Shown here: in pieces, positions 15,649 to 24,341 of the stretch | Layout of the letters: the number at the start of each line of letters is the position of its first letter | Numbering within the stretch: position 1 is the stretch's first letter | NCBI GenBank assembly: GCA_009920585.1 | Contig: RFZT01000001.1 | Coordinates: 1 to 39,694 of the forward strand | DNA length: 39,694 nt | Source of the DNA: a bacterium | GTDB taxonomy: Bacteria; Verrucomicrobiota; Verrucomicrobiia; Chthoniobacterales; Terrimicrobiaceae | Direction of reading: 5' to 3' | The notes under the pieces: generated by a model | Databases searched by the model: none | What the model saw: only the letters and a program-made list of their open reading frames with translations | What the model was told of the DNA's origin: nothing | Made by a program: the position numbers and the translations under genes

Positions 15649-17370
15649 ATGCAGGTTTTTATTCGCGTTTTTCCGTATGTGCGTCGGTATCCCTTATTGG
15701 CATTTGCCACGTTGTTTTGTGCCTTATTGGGGACATTGATGGTCGTGGTCTTCCCCGCGGTGACGCAACAGATCGTCGATCAGGTGATCGGAAAAAATCG
15801 CCCAGAATTGCTCTTGCCGCTTGTTTGCGTGGGATTCGCGGCCTTTTTTGCCCAGAATCTTCTCAATTCCCTGCGCATTATTTTCAACAATCACTTCGAG
15901 CAGCACGTGATCTTTGATCTTCGCAGCGAGCTTTACGCGCACATTCAAAAGTTGCCCCTTCATTGGTTCGATAACCGTGCGACCGGTGACATTATGACTC
16001 GGTTGGTCGAGGACGTCACAAGTGTGGAGCGTGTTTTGATCGATGGCATTGAGCAGGGAACGGTGTCCGTCCTTCAAATTCTCGTCGTCAGCGCCCTCAT
16101 GCTGACCTACAGCCCGATGCTTACGCTTGCAGCGCTTTCTCCCATTCCCCTCCTAGCCGCGGGGGCGATGGTTTACACGCTTACGGCGCGCTCACGTTAC
16201 CGGCGTCAACGCAAGGCGGTCTCGGAGCTCAACTCGCTCCTCCACGACAACATTGCCGGGATTCGCCAGATCAAGACGTACACGAGTGAGGAACGGGAGC
16301 ACATACGCTTCGATGCAGCGAGTAACAAGGTGCGGAAGGAAACTCTCACCGTGATGAAGGCTTGGGCGCTCTACCAGCCAGGTATGGAGTTTTTGTCATC
16401 GGCCGGGTTGCTGATGGTGGCTGGATTTGGAACCGCTCAGGTTCTGCATGGGAGAATGGAAATTGGCGCACTGGTCGCATTTTTTGTTCTCGTTCGGTAT
16501 CTCTATGAGCCTGTCGGTCGCCTGCACCAACTCAACCAAATCTTCCAGTCGGGTCGTGCCGCAGGCGATCGGGTATTCGAGATCATGGATGCCGATGCGG
16601 AGTGCGACGAGAACGAAGGGGCGATATGCCAGCCGATTCAGGGGCATGTTGTTTATCAGAATGTGAGTTTTGCTTATGACCCGAAGCTACCTGTGCTCGA
16701 CGACATTCAGATCGAAGTTCCAGTTGGATCCATGGTCGCTTTAGTCGGGCCTACAGGTGCCGGAAAATCCACGATCGTTAACTTGCTTGTGCGCTTTTAC
16801 GAATTCACCAGTGGTGGGATTACGATTGATGGCGTTCCATTGAGGGGGATGTCGCGTCGGCATTTGAGGCACAATATTGCTGTAGTCACGCAGGAGAGTT
16901 TTTTATTCAACGGCACCACGGCGGAAAATCTACGAATCGGAAAGCCGGATGCCTCCGAGGAGGAAATGTGGGAGGCTCTTCGTGCGGCGAATGCGGTGGA
17001 TTTCATTCGGCGATTACCCGAGGGATTGCATACCCCGCTTGGCGAACGTGGAGTGAAGCTCAGTGTTGGTGAGAAGCAACGTCTCTCCATCGCACGGGCG
17101 CTTCTCAAAAATCCCCCGATCCTCATTTTAGACGAGGCCACCGCGAGTGTCGACACTTCGACCGAGAAGCTGATTCAGGAGGCCTTGGATCATCTCATGG
17201 AAAAGCGAACCAGTTTTGTCATTGCGCATAGACTTTCGACTGTGCGCCACGCCGACCAGATTCTCGTTTTGGAACGGGGCCGTATTACAGAGCGGGGTCG
17301 CCATGAAGAGCTTCTCTCGAAGGGGGGACTCTATGCCGAACTCTGCCGAAGCAGTCTCATTGAGAAATGA
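15649..17370 (+). CDS. ABC exporter, fused permease/ATPase (MsbA-like half transporter)
   Basis: N-terminal six-TM domain followed by an NBD with GPTGAGKST, LSVGEKQRLSIARAL and ILILDEATAS. I prefer ATG 15649 (MQVFIRVFPYVRRYP) over the track's TTG at 15613. Confidence 0.9.
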   Translation: MQVFIRVFPYVRRYPLLAFATLFCALLGTLMVVVFPAVTQQIVDQVIGKNRPELLLPLVCVGFAAFFAQNLLNSLRIIFNNHFEQHVIFDLRSELYAHIQKLPLHWFDNRATGDIMTRLVEDVTSVERVLIDGIEQGTVSVLQILVVSALMLTYSPMLTLAALSPIPLLAAGAMVYTLTARSRYRRQRKAVSELNSLLHDNIAGIRQIKTYTSEEREHIRFDAASNKVRKETLTVMKAWALYQPGMEFLSSAGLLMVAGFGTAQVLHGRMEIGALVAFFVLVRYLYEPVGRLHQLNQIFQSGRAAGDRVFEIMDADAECDENEGAICQPIQGHVVYQNVSFAYDPKLPVLDDIQIEVPVGSMVALVGPTGAGKSTIVNLLVRFYEFTSGGITIDGVPLRGMSRRHLRHNIAVVTQESFLFNGTTAENLRIGKPDASEEEMWEALRAANAVDFIRRLPEGLHTPLGERGVKLSVGEKQRLSIARALLKNPPILILDEATASVDTSTEKLIQEALDHLMEKRTSFVIAHRLSTVRHADQILVLERGRITERGRHEELLSKGGLYAELCRSSLIEK

Positions 17371-17394
17371 TGACACTTTGGGAGTCGCGGTCTC

Positions 17395-17410
17395 TGGAAA
17401 TCAAAGAGCA
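17395..17410 (+). promoter_or_regulatory. Weak candidate sigma-54 (-24/-12) promoter upstream of the sugar transferase / exosortase genes
   Basis: TGGAAATCAAAGAGCA has the GG-N10-GC spacing of the TGGCAC-N5-TTGCW consensus, plus the flanking T and A. It lies 68 nt upstream of ATG 17478, and a sigma-54 activator is encoded nearby. Only the core dinucleotides match. Confidence 0.2.
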
Positions 17411-17477
17411 CTTTACAATGAGCTACTTGGCGTTAGATTTTCCCTAGAGTTCAAATAGTTCCACTCCAGACTACCAG

Positions 17478-18950
17478 ATGGTTCCTGAAACCCTTCAATC
17501 AACGGATCAAATTCCAGATATCATGAGGCCCACGGCCCTATTTCCCAGAGGATTGAAGGTAGTGAGAGGGTCCTCAAGGGAGAGGTTTTTGATGATTGTT
17601 CTGCTTATTGTTGATTGCGGAATCTGGCTTGGGATGTATCTTGGTATCACTGAGTTAACTGGTGAGTTTAATCGTTATGAGTGGGTGGATCTTTATCTTC
17701 CGTTGCTGATTTCCGTGTTCACCCTCAGCTTGATTGGGGCCTACGACCCTCGTTCGGAGATGAAATCGCTGGGGTATTCGAGCGAGCACCTCATCGCGTG
17801 TTTGCTTGCCTTTCTAGCGTCGGCTTTTGCCGTTTATATCGTGGCTTCATTTGGTGGCAAGATCGCCTCCAGTCGTGCGATTTTCGGATTTTCCTTTCTG
17901 GGATTCTCGATTTTCACCCTTTTGCAAAGGCGGTTTTTGTATTCCACGGCTATGGGATCCAGATCCAGTCGCCGTTTACTCGTGATCAGCGATCCTGAAT
18001 CCGCTGAGAGGTTTTACAAAAATTACACAGCAAACAAACTCAGACACAAATTGCACTTTTTTGCGACCAGTGAATCGGCGTTGGGGACTCATGTAGCCGG
18101 CCCAGGCACCCCCGTTTTCGAGTCTCTCGCCTCTGATGTGCTGAAGACCTTGGAGAATAACATCCACCTCGAACACGAAGGTATCCTTTTGGCGTGCTCC
18201 ACAGAAAGTATCCAAAATGAAATTCTGACATCGCTAGTGGCTGTTCATTTCCAAGAACTTCCTGTTTACACGATGCACTCGTTTTTTGAGGCATACTGGC
18301 ATAAAATGCCTCCTGACTTGCTGAGTCGTACTTGGCCTTTGGATTCAGGCTTTCAACTCGTACAGCATTCTCCGTTTGCTTCGCTCAAGCGGGTCTTTGA
18401 TGTCTTCGTAGCAGTGATCACTCTCCTTGTCCTTTCCCCTGTCATGGCGATTGTGGCTTTATTGATCAAACTCGAGCGCAGAGGGCCGATCATTTTTAGC
18501 CAAACCCGCGTGGGACAGCATGGAAGTCTCTTCACGCTTTACAAATTTCGAACGATGGATGTGGGGAGTGAGTTTAAGGGGCTATACACTCTTGAGGGAG
18601 ATCCGCGTGTCACGAGGCTCGGGCACTGGTTGCGCGTTTCACGTCTCGACGAGTTGCCGCAGCTTTGGAATGTGCTACGCGGAGAAATGAGTCTCATCGG
18701 ACCGCGTGCGGAATGGATCAAATGTGTCGAACGCTACGAAGTCGCGATCCCTTACTACCACTTCCGCCATTTGGTGCGGCCAGGTATCACGGGGTGGGCT
18801 CAAGTCAACTACCCCTATGGCGCCAGCATCGAGGACACCATGGAGAAGCTCATGTATGATCTTTACTACATTCGGCATTTTTCTCTAGCGTTGGATGCCA
18901 CGGTGGTTCTCAAGACATTGCATGTTATGGTTTTTGGGAAAGGGAGGTGA
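17478..18950 (+). CDS. Exopolysaccharide polyprenyl-phosphate glycosyl-1-phosphate transferase (EpsB/WbaP-type priming sugar transferase)
   Basis: 490 aa. N-terminal TM bundle plus a linker domain. The C-terminal bacterial sugar transferase domain reads KRVFDVFVAVITLLVLSPVMAIVALLIKLERRGPIIFSQTRVG..YKFRTM..RLDELPQLWNVLRGEMSLIGPR..RPGITGWAQVN. Confidence 0.9.
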   Translation: MVPETLQSTDQIPDIMRPTALFPRGLKVVRGSSRERFLMIVLLIVDCGIWLGMYLGITELTGEFNRYEWVDLYLPLLISVFTLSLIGAYDPRSEMKSLGYSSEHLIACLLAFLASAFAVYIVASFGGKIASSRAIFGFSFLGFSIFTLLQRRFLYSTAMGSRSSRRLLVISDPESAERFYKNYTANKLRHKLHFFATSESALGTHVAGPGTPVFESLASDVLKTLENNIHLEHEGILLACSTESIQNEILTSLVAVHFQELPVYTMHSFFEAYWHKMPPDLLSRTWPLDSGFQLVQHSPFASLKRVFDVFVAVITLLVLSPVMAIVALLIKLERRGPIIFSQTRVGQHGSLFTLYKFRTMDVGSEFKGLYTLEGDPRVTRLGHWLRVSRLDELPQLWNVLRGEMSLIGPRAEWIKCVERYEVAIPYYHFRHLVRPGITGWAQVNYPYGASIEDTMEKLMYDLYYIRHFSLALDATVVLKTLHVMVFGKGR

Positions 18951-18968
18951 CTCTCCCAGAGATTCCGT

Positions 18969-20561
18969 GTGAATAGATTTCCTTCTGCCGCCGCTTCCAG
19001 TGGAGTCGAAAAAAGCCAACCTTGGCTGATTCTTGCATCTGTCCTGCTTGCTTGGTGGATCTCGATTCGGATGCTTTGGAACGATTGGGAAATCGATTCG
19101 CAATACAGTTATGGTTTTTTGGTGCCTATCCTGTGCATGGCGCTTTTTCACATGCGATGGAGAGATCGTCCCGCCCAAGCATCCGAGGAGGAAACTGGAT
19201 TCGTCGTGCTGGTCGCTGGTTTTGGTGTCGCGCTCGCTTTATTGCCCCTTTTTTTTGAGGCCAATCCCGAATGGCGCGTCCTCGGTGTTCTTGGGGCTTT
19301 TTTTGCAATCGGCTTCACTCTTGCGCTGTTGAGGTTGATCGGTGGCGCAGCGTGGGTGGGCCACTTCTTTTTTCCGATTGTCTTTTTTCTGATTGCCGTT
19401 CCCTGGCCTCGCAATGCGGAAAACGCGATCATGGGTTGGTTGATGCAAAAAAACACGATCGCCGTTCTCGAGATGCTTCACTGGTGTGGATTTGAGGCGA
19501 TGCGGCAGGGAAACCTCATATCACTTCCGACAGGTACGGTCGGTATCGAGGAGGCGTGTAGTGGAGTGCGCTCACTGCAGAGTGGCATCATGGCCGCTTT
19601 TTTCTTTGGTGAGGTTTTTAGGTTTGGATTTTTTTCAAGGGGTGTCCTTGTTTTTGCGGCGTTCGCCTTAGCGCTTTTTGGGAACTTTCTCCGAGCCTCA
19701 GGGCTTTCGATTTTGGCTTCGGTGCAAGGGGTATCGGCCGTAGAAAAATGGCATGACCTCGCAGGGTACTTGATTCTAGCTTTCACGATGGGCGGCCTGT
19801 GGTCGCTCGCGTTATCGTATCAGAGGAAAAGAAGCGCGCGGCAGGGTGCAGGGTCGCCAGTCGGAGTCACTGCCCTGCCTCAAATGGCTTTGTCTCCCCT
19901 CATTCAGCGCACCGCTTTGGCTTGGATTATACTCGGAGTGATTTCGTTGGGCGGAACGGAAGCTTGGTATCGTCTGCATGAGGTTCGTGGGACTGAAGAT
20001 GTAGAATGGACGATCGCCTCGGGCACTCGTGGCACGAAAGTGCAACCGATCGCGAACCGCACTCGGCGGATGCTTTTTTTTCCCGAGGGCTTCTCGGAAC
20101 GATTCACGGATAACAAACAGCATGTTTGGCAATTTTTTTATTTGCGGTGGCCTGCGGGAAGGTCAGCGATACAGGCGGTGAGCATTCACGACCCTCAGAC
20201 CTGTCTTTCAAGTGCAGGTATGGTTTTGGTGAAGCAACTTGATCCCCAGTTGATCAAGGTCGATGGCATGCCGATCTATTTTCGAGTTTTTCTTTTCACG
20301 GATCGAGGTCGCTATGTTTTGGTTTATCACGCGATTCTTGCTGATGGTGAGAAGGCGGGTGAGGGCGCTTCTAGCGCTTTTGCTTATACGTTGGCTGGAC
20401 GTTGGCGTGCAGTGAAAGAGGGGGTTCGCAATCGCGGTCAGCGTTTGATTGAAGCCGCCGCATGGGATATCATAGATGTCGATCAAGCCAACGAAACTCT
20501 CCGAAAATTTCTCCAATCAACCCTGATCCGCAATGATGCAAACCTTCCAAATAAGCCATGA
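18969..20561 (+). CDS. Exosortase (EpsH/Xrt family) fused to a C-terminal EpsI-like domain
   Basis: 530 aa. The N-terminal multi-TM domain has WNDWEIDSQYSYGFLVP, the catalytic-Cys motif VGIEEACSGVRSLQSG and FGNFLRASG (the conserved Arg). The last ~200 aa contain IHDPQTCLSSAGM, which resembles the EpsI-family H.P..CL..G motif. It starts at GTG, 19 nt after the sugar-transferase stop. Confidence 0.85.
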   Translation: MNRFPSAAASSGVEKSQPWLILASVLLAWWISIRMLWNDWEIDSQYSYGFLVPILCMALFHMRWRDRPAQASEEETGFVVLVAGFGVALALLPLFFEANPEWRVLGVLGAFFAIGFTLALLRLIGGAAWVGHFFFPIVFFLIAVPWPRNAENAIMGWLMQKNTIAVLEMLHWCGFEAMRQGNLISLPTGTVGIEEACSGVRSLQSGIMAAFFFGEVFRFGFFSRGVLVFAAFALALFGNFLRASGLSILASVQGVSAVEKWHDLAGYLILAFTMGGLWSLALSYQRKRSARQGAGSPVGVTALPQMALSPLIQRTALAWIILGVISLGGTEAWYRLHEVRGTEDVEWTIASGTRGTKVQPIANRTRRMLFFPEGFSERFTDNKQHVWQFFYLRWPAGRSAIQAVSIHDPQTCLSSAGMVLVKQLDPQLIKVDGMPIYFRVFLFTDRGRYVLVYHAILADGEKAGEGASSAFAYTLAGRWRAVKEGVRNRGQRLIEAAAWDIIDVDQANETLRKFLQSTLIRNDANLPNKP

Positions 20562-22483
20562 GCGAGGAGATTGAAGATCCAAGTGCCGGACGTACTATGC
20601 GCGAAAGAAAAAGCGCTGATATCCCATCCCGTGAAGCCCTCCCGAAAGAAGTCGAACGTTCAATGGTTTCGGAAACAAAGGACTTCTTGCCGGATTACGA
20701 TACCGACGAGGTGGCGCTTTCTCTCCGGGAGAGATTGTTCGAGGTGCTCGCGGATATTCGGGTCCGTATCATCTTGGGCGTTCTCATTCTCTCCGTGCTG
20801 GTTTGGGCGGTGATCCCTCCTTTCTATGGCGTGCTCAAAATCCGGAGGGCAAAGAATTTCACACAGGAATCTTTAGCCGCTTGGGAGAGGGGTGATGAAA
20901 ATGCGGCGCTTTCATTGATGCGGAGGGCCGTTTTGATGGCTCCCCAAGATGAGTCTATTTTTAGGAGCGCGCGTCTTTTAAATGCTCGTATGGGTGATCC
21001 CTCTTCGATCAACGCTCTCGAAATTCAGGGCCAGAAAAACGAGGCCAATATGGAAGAATTGCTTGCGCTTGCGGGGCAGGCAGTGAAAACCGGAAATAGG
21101 CAAACCGCCCGCTTCTCATTCAATAAAATCAGCGGCAAAAGAACGGTTGAAATGACCGTTGTGGAAATGCAATTGCTCGCGCTCGAAAATAAAATGCCCG
21201 AAGTCGTCGCTCTTGCTAAGAAGACACTGCCTGCACTGAACTTGGCGGATGCTGAAAAGATCCACCTCGCCTTGGCTTCTTTGATAATGAACAGCGATCC
21301 CCGAGCAGCTGAGGCCATTCTGGTTCCGTTGACTGAATCTCGGAGTGCCAGCGGCATCGCGTCCGTTCGCTTGCTGGCCAAACAACAGCTAGCCGAGGTA
21401 ATGCCTCGCGGTTCACTCCTGTCGAGTTTAGGCGACAAGCTGGCTGCGCATCCTTTGCGCAATGCCAGCGACTCTCTTCTTATCGCTGATCTTCGTATGA
21501 AGGAAAATCCTGCAAAAAGCCAAGCTGTAATAGAAGAGCTTCGCAAACTTTGCGGGAACTCCAGTCCCGATGAGGCCCTGGCCTTCGCTCGTTGGCTGAA
21601 TCGCAACAAGGCCTATCAGGAAGCGCTCGATTTTATAGGCAAGGAACGGGCATCATCTTCCTCGACGTGGCTTATGATTTATATCGATGCACTGGCGTCT
21701 CTGGATCGCTGGCAGGAGATATATACCTTACTCGACACAGAAAGTGTTGTCGGCATGTCCGAAACGCTTCGTGCTCTTTTTCTCGCGCGGTCAGCTGAAA
21801 AATCGGGTAAAAATGAAAATGCAGCCGAAGCCTGGCGGGAAATGCATCGGAACCTCGTTTACGAAAGACCTGAGTTGGCTTTATTCGTCGCTGCGTACGC
21901 CATCAAATCGGGATATGAGAAGGAGGGCATCAAAGCCTTTTGGACGTTGGCACATCGGCAGGATACAGCTCTTCATGGTTTTCTCGGATTGATTCGTTTT
22001 TTTCCGAAGGGCGCTTCAGCCTCTGAATTGCTCCCGGTTTACTCGGAAATGCTGGAGTCTTTTCCAAATATTCAGGAGGCTAGGAGCGACTACGCTTACC
22101 TTTCTCTGCTGACTGATAGTAATGTTGCTGAAGCGGTTGAGGTATCGAGGCAGATTCTTAGTCATGACCCGAATTCACTAGCCGCGCTCAGCGTTGCGGC
22201 TCTCGCCTACTACAAGTCAGGCGAGATCTCGCAGGCGGCTTCGCTTTATGATGGGAAGTTGATCGCGTGGAAGACCGCGCCGCCGCAGTGGAAAGCCGTT
22301 CGAGTCGCTGTGCTGCTTGCACTCGGGTGCAACAAGGAGGCCGCTGATTTAGCAGCGACCATCGATGTCACCAATCTTCGTCCTGAAGAGCGTAAACTTT
22401 TGGAGCAACCAGAACCTAGCGTGGGATCAGGAAAGGGAGCATTTCGTTCCTATATCCGGAACGATGACCTCTGCGCCCTCTAG
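20558..22483 (+). CDS. Membrane-anchored TPR-like helical-repeat protein, translationally coupled to the exosortase gene
   Basis: 641 aa. The ATG overlaps the exosortase stop as ATGA. Acidic cytoplasmic N-terminus, one TM (IRVRIILGVLILSVLVWAVIPPF), then a long alpha-helical repeat region (..AAWERGDENAALSLMRRAVLMAP.., ..AYQEALDFIGK.., ..ALAYYKSGEISQAASLY..). Confidence 0.7.
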   Translation: MSEEIEDPSAGRTMRERKSADIPSREALPKEVERSMVSETKDFLPDYDTDEVALSLRERLFEVLADIRVRIILGVLILSVLVWAVIPPFYGVLKIRRAKNFTQESLAAWERGDENAALSLMRRAVLMAPQDESIFRSARLLNARMGDPSSINALEIQGQKNEANMEELLALAGQAVKTGNRQTARFSFNKISGKRTVEMTVVEMQLLALENKMPEVVALAKKTLPALNLADAEKIHLALASLIMNSDPRAAEAILVPLTESRSASGIASVRLLAKQQLAEVMPRGSLLSSLGDKLAAHPLRNASDSLLIADLRMKENPAKSQAVIEELRKLCGNSSPDEALAFARWLNRNKAYQEALDFIGKERASSSSTWLMIYIDALASLDRWQEIYTLLDTESVVGMSETLRALFLARSAEKSGKNENAAEAWREMHRNLVYERPELALFVAAYAIKSGYEKEGIKAFWTLAHRQDTALHGFLGLIRFFPKGASASELLPVYSEMLESFPNIQEARSDYAYLSLLTDSNVAEAVEVSRQILSHDPNSLAALSVAALAYYKSGEISQAASLYDGKLIAWKTAPPQWKAVRVAVLLALGCNKEAADLAATIDVTNLRPEERKLLEQPEPSVGSGKGAFRSYIRNDDLCAL

Positions 22484-23800
22484 TTCCTTGAATAGCGCTA
22501 GCTGAAACCACTCGAGTGCGGGCTTGTCTCCGTGGATGAGTACGACCTTTGAGGGCTTCAGGAGAAGAACATAATTGCGGAGCATCTCGCGGTTCGAATG
22601 GGCGCTGAAGCTGAATTCCTCGACGCGGCAGCGAAGGGGCACAGGTGGAAACTCTTTATCGAGGATCACTTCATCTCCTTGCTTTGCCTTGCGGATCTTT
22701 CCGGCGGGAGAGTCTGGATCCGAGTATCCCACAAAAAACAGGTTTTGGGATGGATCTGCCAAGACACGTCGAGCAAAAATATTGGAAAGCGTGTGTTCCG
22801 TCATCATTCCGCTTGAAAGAGCGTAGATGCACTTTTTGCGAGGCTGAGCGGTCATAATCTCGCGTCCAGAGAGGACATACGGCGCCATTTCCTCTAGGAG
22901 TTGCAATTCAGGGTGACTGCGTGGTGTGGTAGCAGCAAAAGCATCATAAACGGTCGTGATTTTCACGCTTAGTCCGCCGATATATATAGGCAGGTGGCCG
23001 ATCTCGCCGCGCAAACGCATTTTCCAAAGCATGGCTAGAAGTTCTTGGGACTTGCCCAAAGCGAATACGGGTATTGTTAATGATTCGCCTCTCGATATCA
23101 CTTCTTTAACGGCTCTAGCAAAGCGCTCTTCCTCGCCGGCGCGGGTAAAACCGACAGGGATCGGTGAGTCGCCCCGTGTCGTCTCCATAATCAAATAATC
23201 AACTCCGCCTTCAGGGAAGTCGGCGCCGATCATCAGCGACTGGTTTTCAAAATTCACATCACCTGTATAAAAAAGCGATTTGCCTTTGTAGCTGATGAGC
23301 ACTCCGACGGAGCCCAGAATGTGCCCTGCATTGTAAAACTCAAAAGTCACCTCGTCATCATTGTTCGAACGTTCTCCGAGGAGATTGTAGCGTTGCCTGA
23401 GTCCGCAGTGGACCCAACTTTGAGCGCAGAGATCTACGCCGCGGTGGGTGTAGAGGGGATACTCCATCAGGCCGAGTTCCTCTCGTTGACGCATCATGAC
23501 ATTCACCGAATTGTGAAGCATGATCGTGGCAATGGCTGCCGTGGCCGGGGTCATGAAAACGGGACACCGCTGCTCCTGTCTTGTCACCACAGGCAATGAG
23601 CCTATGTGGTCTTGGTGAGCATGAGTGATGATAATCGCATCGACCGTTCCAGGGGGGAGTGCGCGCAAGTCGGGTGTGGAGTTGATGCCGTCGATCTTGG
23701 GATCCGAGCCCGCATCGAGAATGATGTTCTTGCCTCCTACGCTCAGCCAGTAGCAATTCGATCCAATCCCTGTGTGTCGCGTGAGGTTTACAAATTCCAT
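22427..23800 (-). CDS. MBL-fold metallo-hydrolase of the beta-CASP (RNA-metabolising, CPSF/RNase J-like) type
   Basis: 457 aa with HxHxDH (IITHAHQDHIGSLP). The length and C-terminal region (..FSAHSNREMLRNYV..VVLIHGD) are typical of beta-CASP proteins. Confidence 0.85.
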   Translation of the reverse strand: MEFVNLTRHTGIGSNCYWLSVGGKNIILDAGSDPKIDGINSTPDLRALPPGTVDAIIITHAHQDHIGSLPVVTRQEQRCPVFMTPATAAIATIMLHNSVNVMMRQREELGLMEYPLYTHRGVDLCAQSWVHCGLRQRYNLLGERSNNDDEVTFEFYNAGHILGSVGVLISYKGKSLFYTGDVNFENQSLMIGADFPEGGVDYLIMETTRGDSPIPVGFTRAGEEERFARAVKEVISRGESLTIPVFALGKSQELLAMLWKMRLRGEIGHLPIYIGGLSVKITTVYDAFAATTPRSHPELQLLEEMAPYVLSGREIMTAQPRKKCIYALSSGMMTEHTLSNIFARRVLADPSQNLFFVGYSDPDSPAGKIRKAKQGDEVILDKEFPPVPLRCRVEEFSFSAHSNREMLRNYVLLLKPSKVVLIHGDKPALEWFQLALFKELEGAEVIVPDIGTKCSLS

Positions 23801-23881
23801 GTCGAATGAAAGTGGTGGAGCAACTGTTTTTCCTCAATGAAAATCACGGAAAAACCGAGATAGTTTCATTGACTTGATGAA

Positions 23882-24295
23882 TTAGGCGCGGCCTTCGTCG
23901 GCATCGATGTAAGCGAACATCGTTTGGATATCATCACGATTTTCAAATGAGCTTTCCTTCTTGCGGCGGATGAGGGTCTCGGACAATTCGTCATTCCAGC
24001 CGCGTTTTGTCATGAAGCCATTCCAGATTTCGATTTGTTCCTCGTTGGGACGTTTGCCATTTTGACAGCACCATTCAAGCACCTCGTCATCTGTGCCTCC
24101 TTGGAGGGTCTGGGCGCAGATCGCGTTGTAGTCGACTCCCAGAAAGGTCATGATTCGCTCATCGAATCCTTTTCCGAGATTGGCATGCAGTTCCGGGTGA
24201 AGCTCACCGGCAGCCATGAGACGGATTTTGTCGAGCATGCGGCCAAGGTAAACAATGCCACCGACCTGATCTTTGGGTGAGCGTGGGTATTTCAT
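23882..24295 (-). CDS. DUF5069 domain protein
   Basis: 137 aa reading MKYPRSPKDQVGGIVYLGRMLDKIRL..FDERIMTFLGV..EWC..IEIWNGFMTKRGW..DIQTMFAYIDADEGR. It is colinear with the DUF5069 family pattern as I remember it (PRS..L.G...L.RM.DK.R ... W...M..RG ... EGR). Confidence 0.75.
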   Translation of the reverse strand: MKYPRSPKDQVGGIVYLGRMLDKIRLMAAGELHPELHANLGKGFDERIMTFLGVDYNAICAQTLQGGTDDEVLEWCCQNGKRPNEEQIEIWNGFMTKRGWNDELSETLIRRKKESSFENRDDIQTMFAYIDADEGRA

Positions 24296-24341
24296 AGGTT
24301 TGTTTCGTGCGGTGTTAGCAACTGGGATGCTGATTTTGGGC

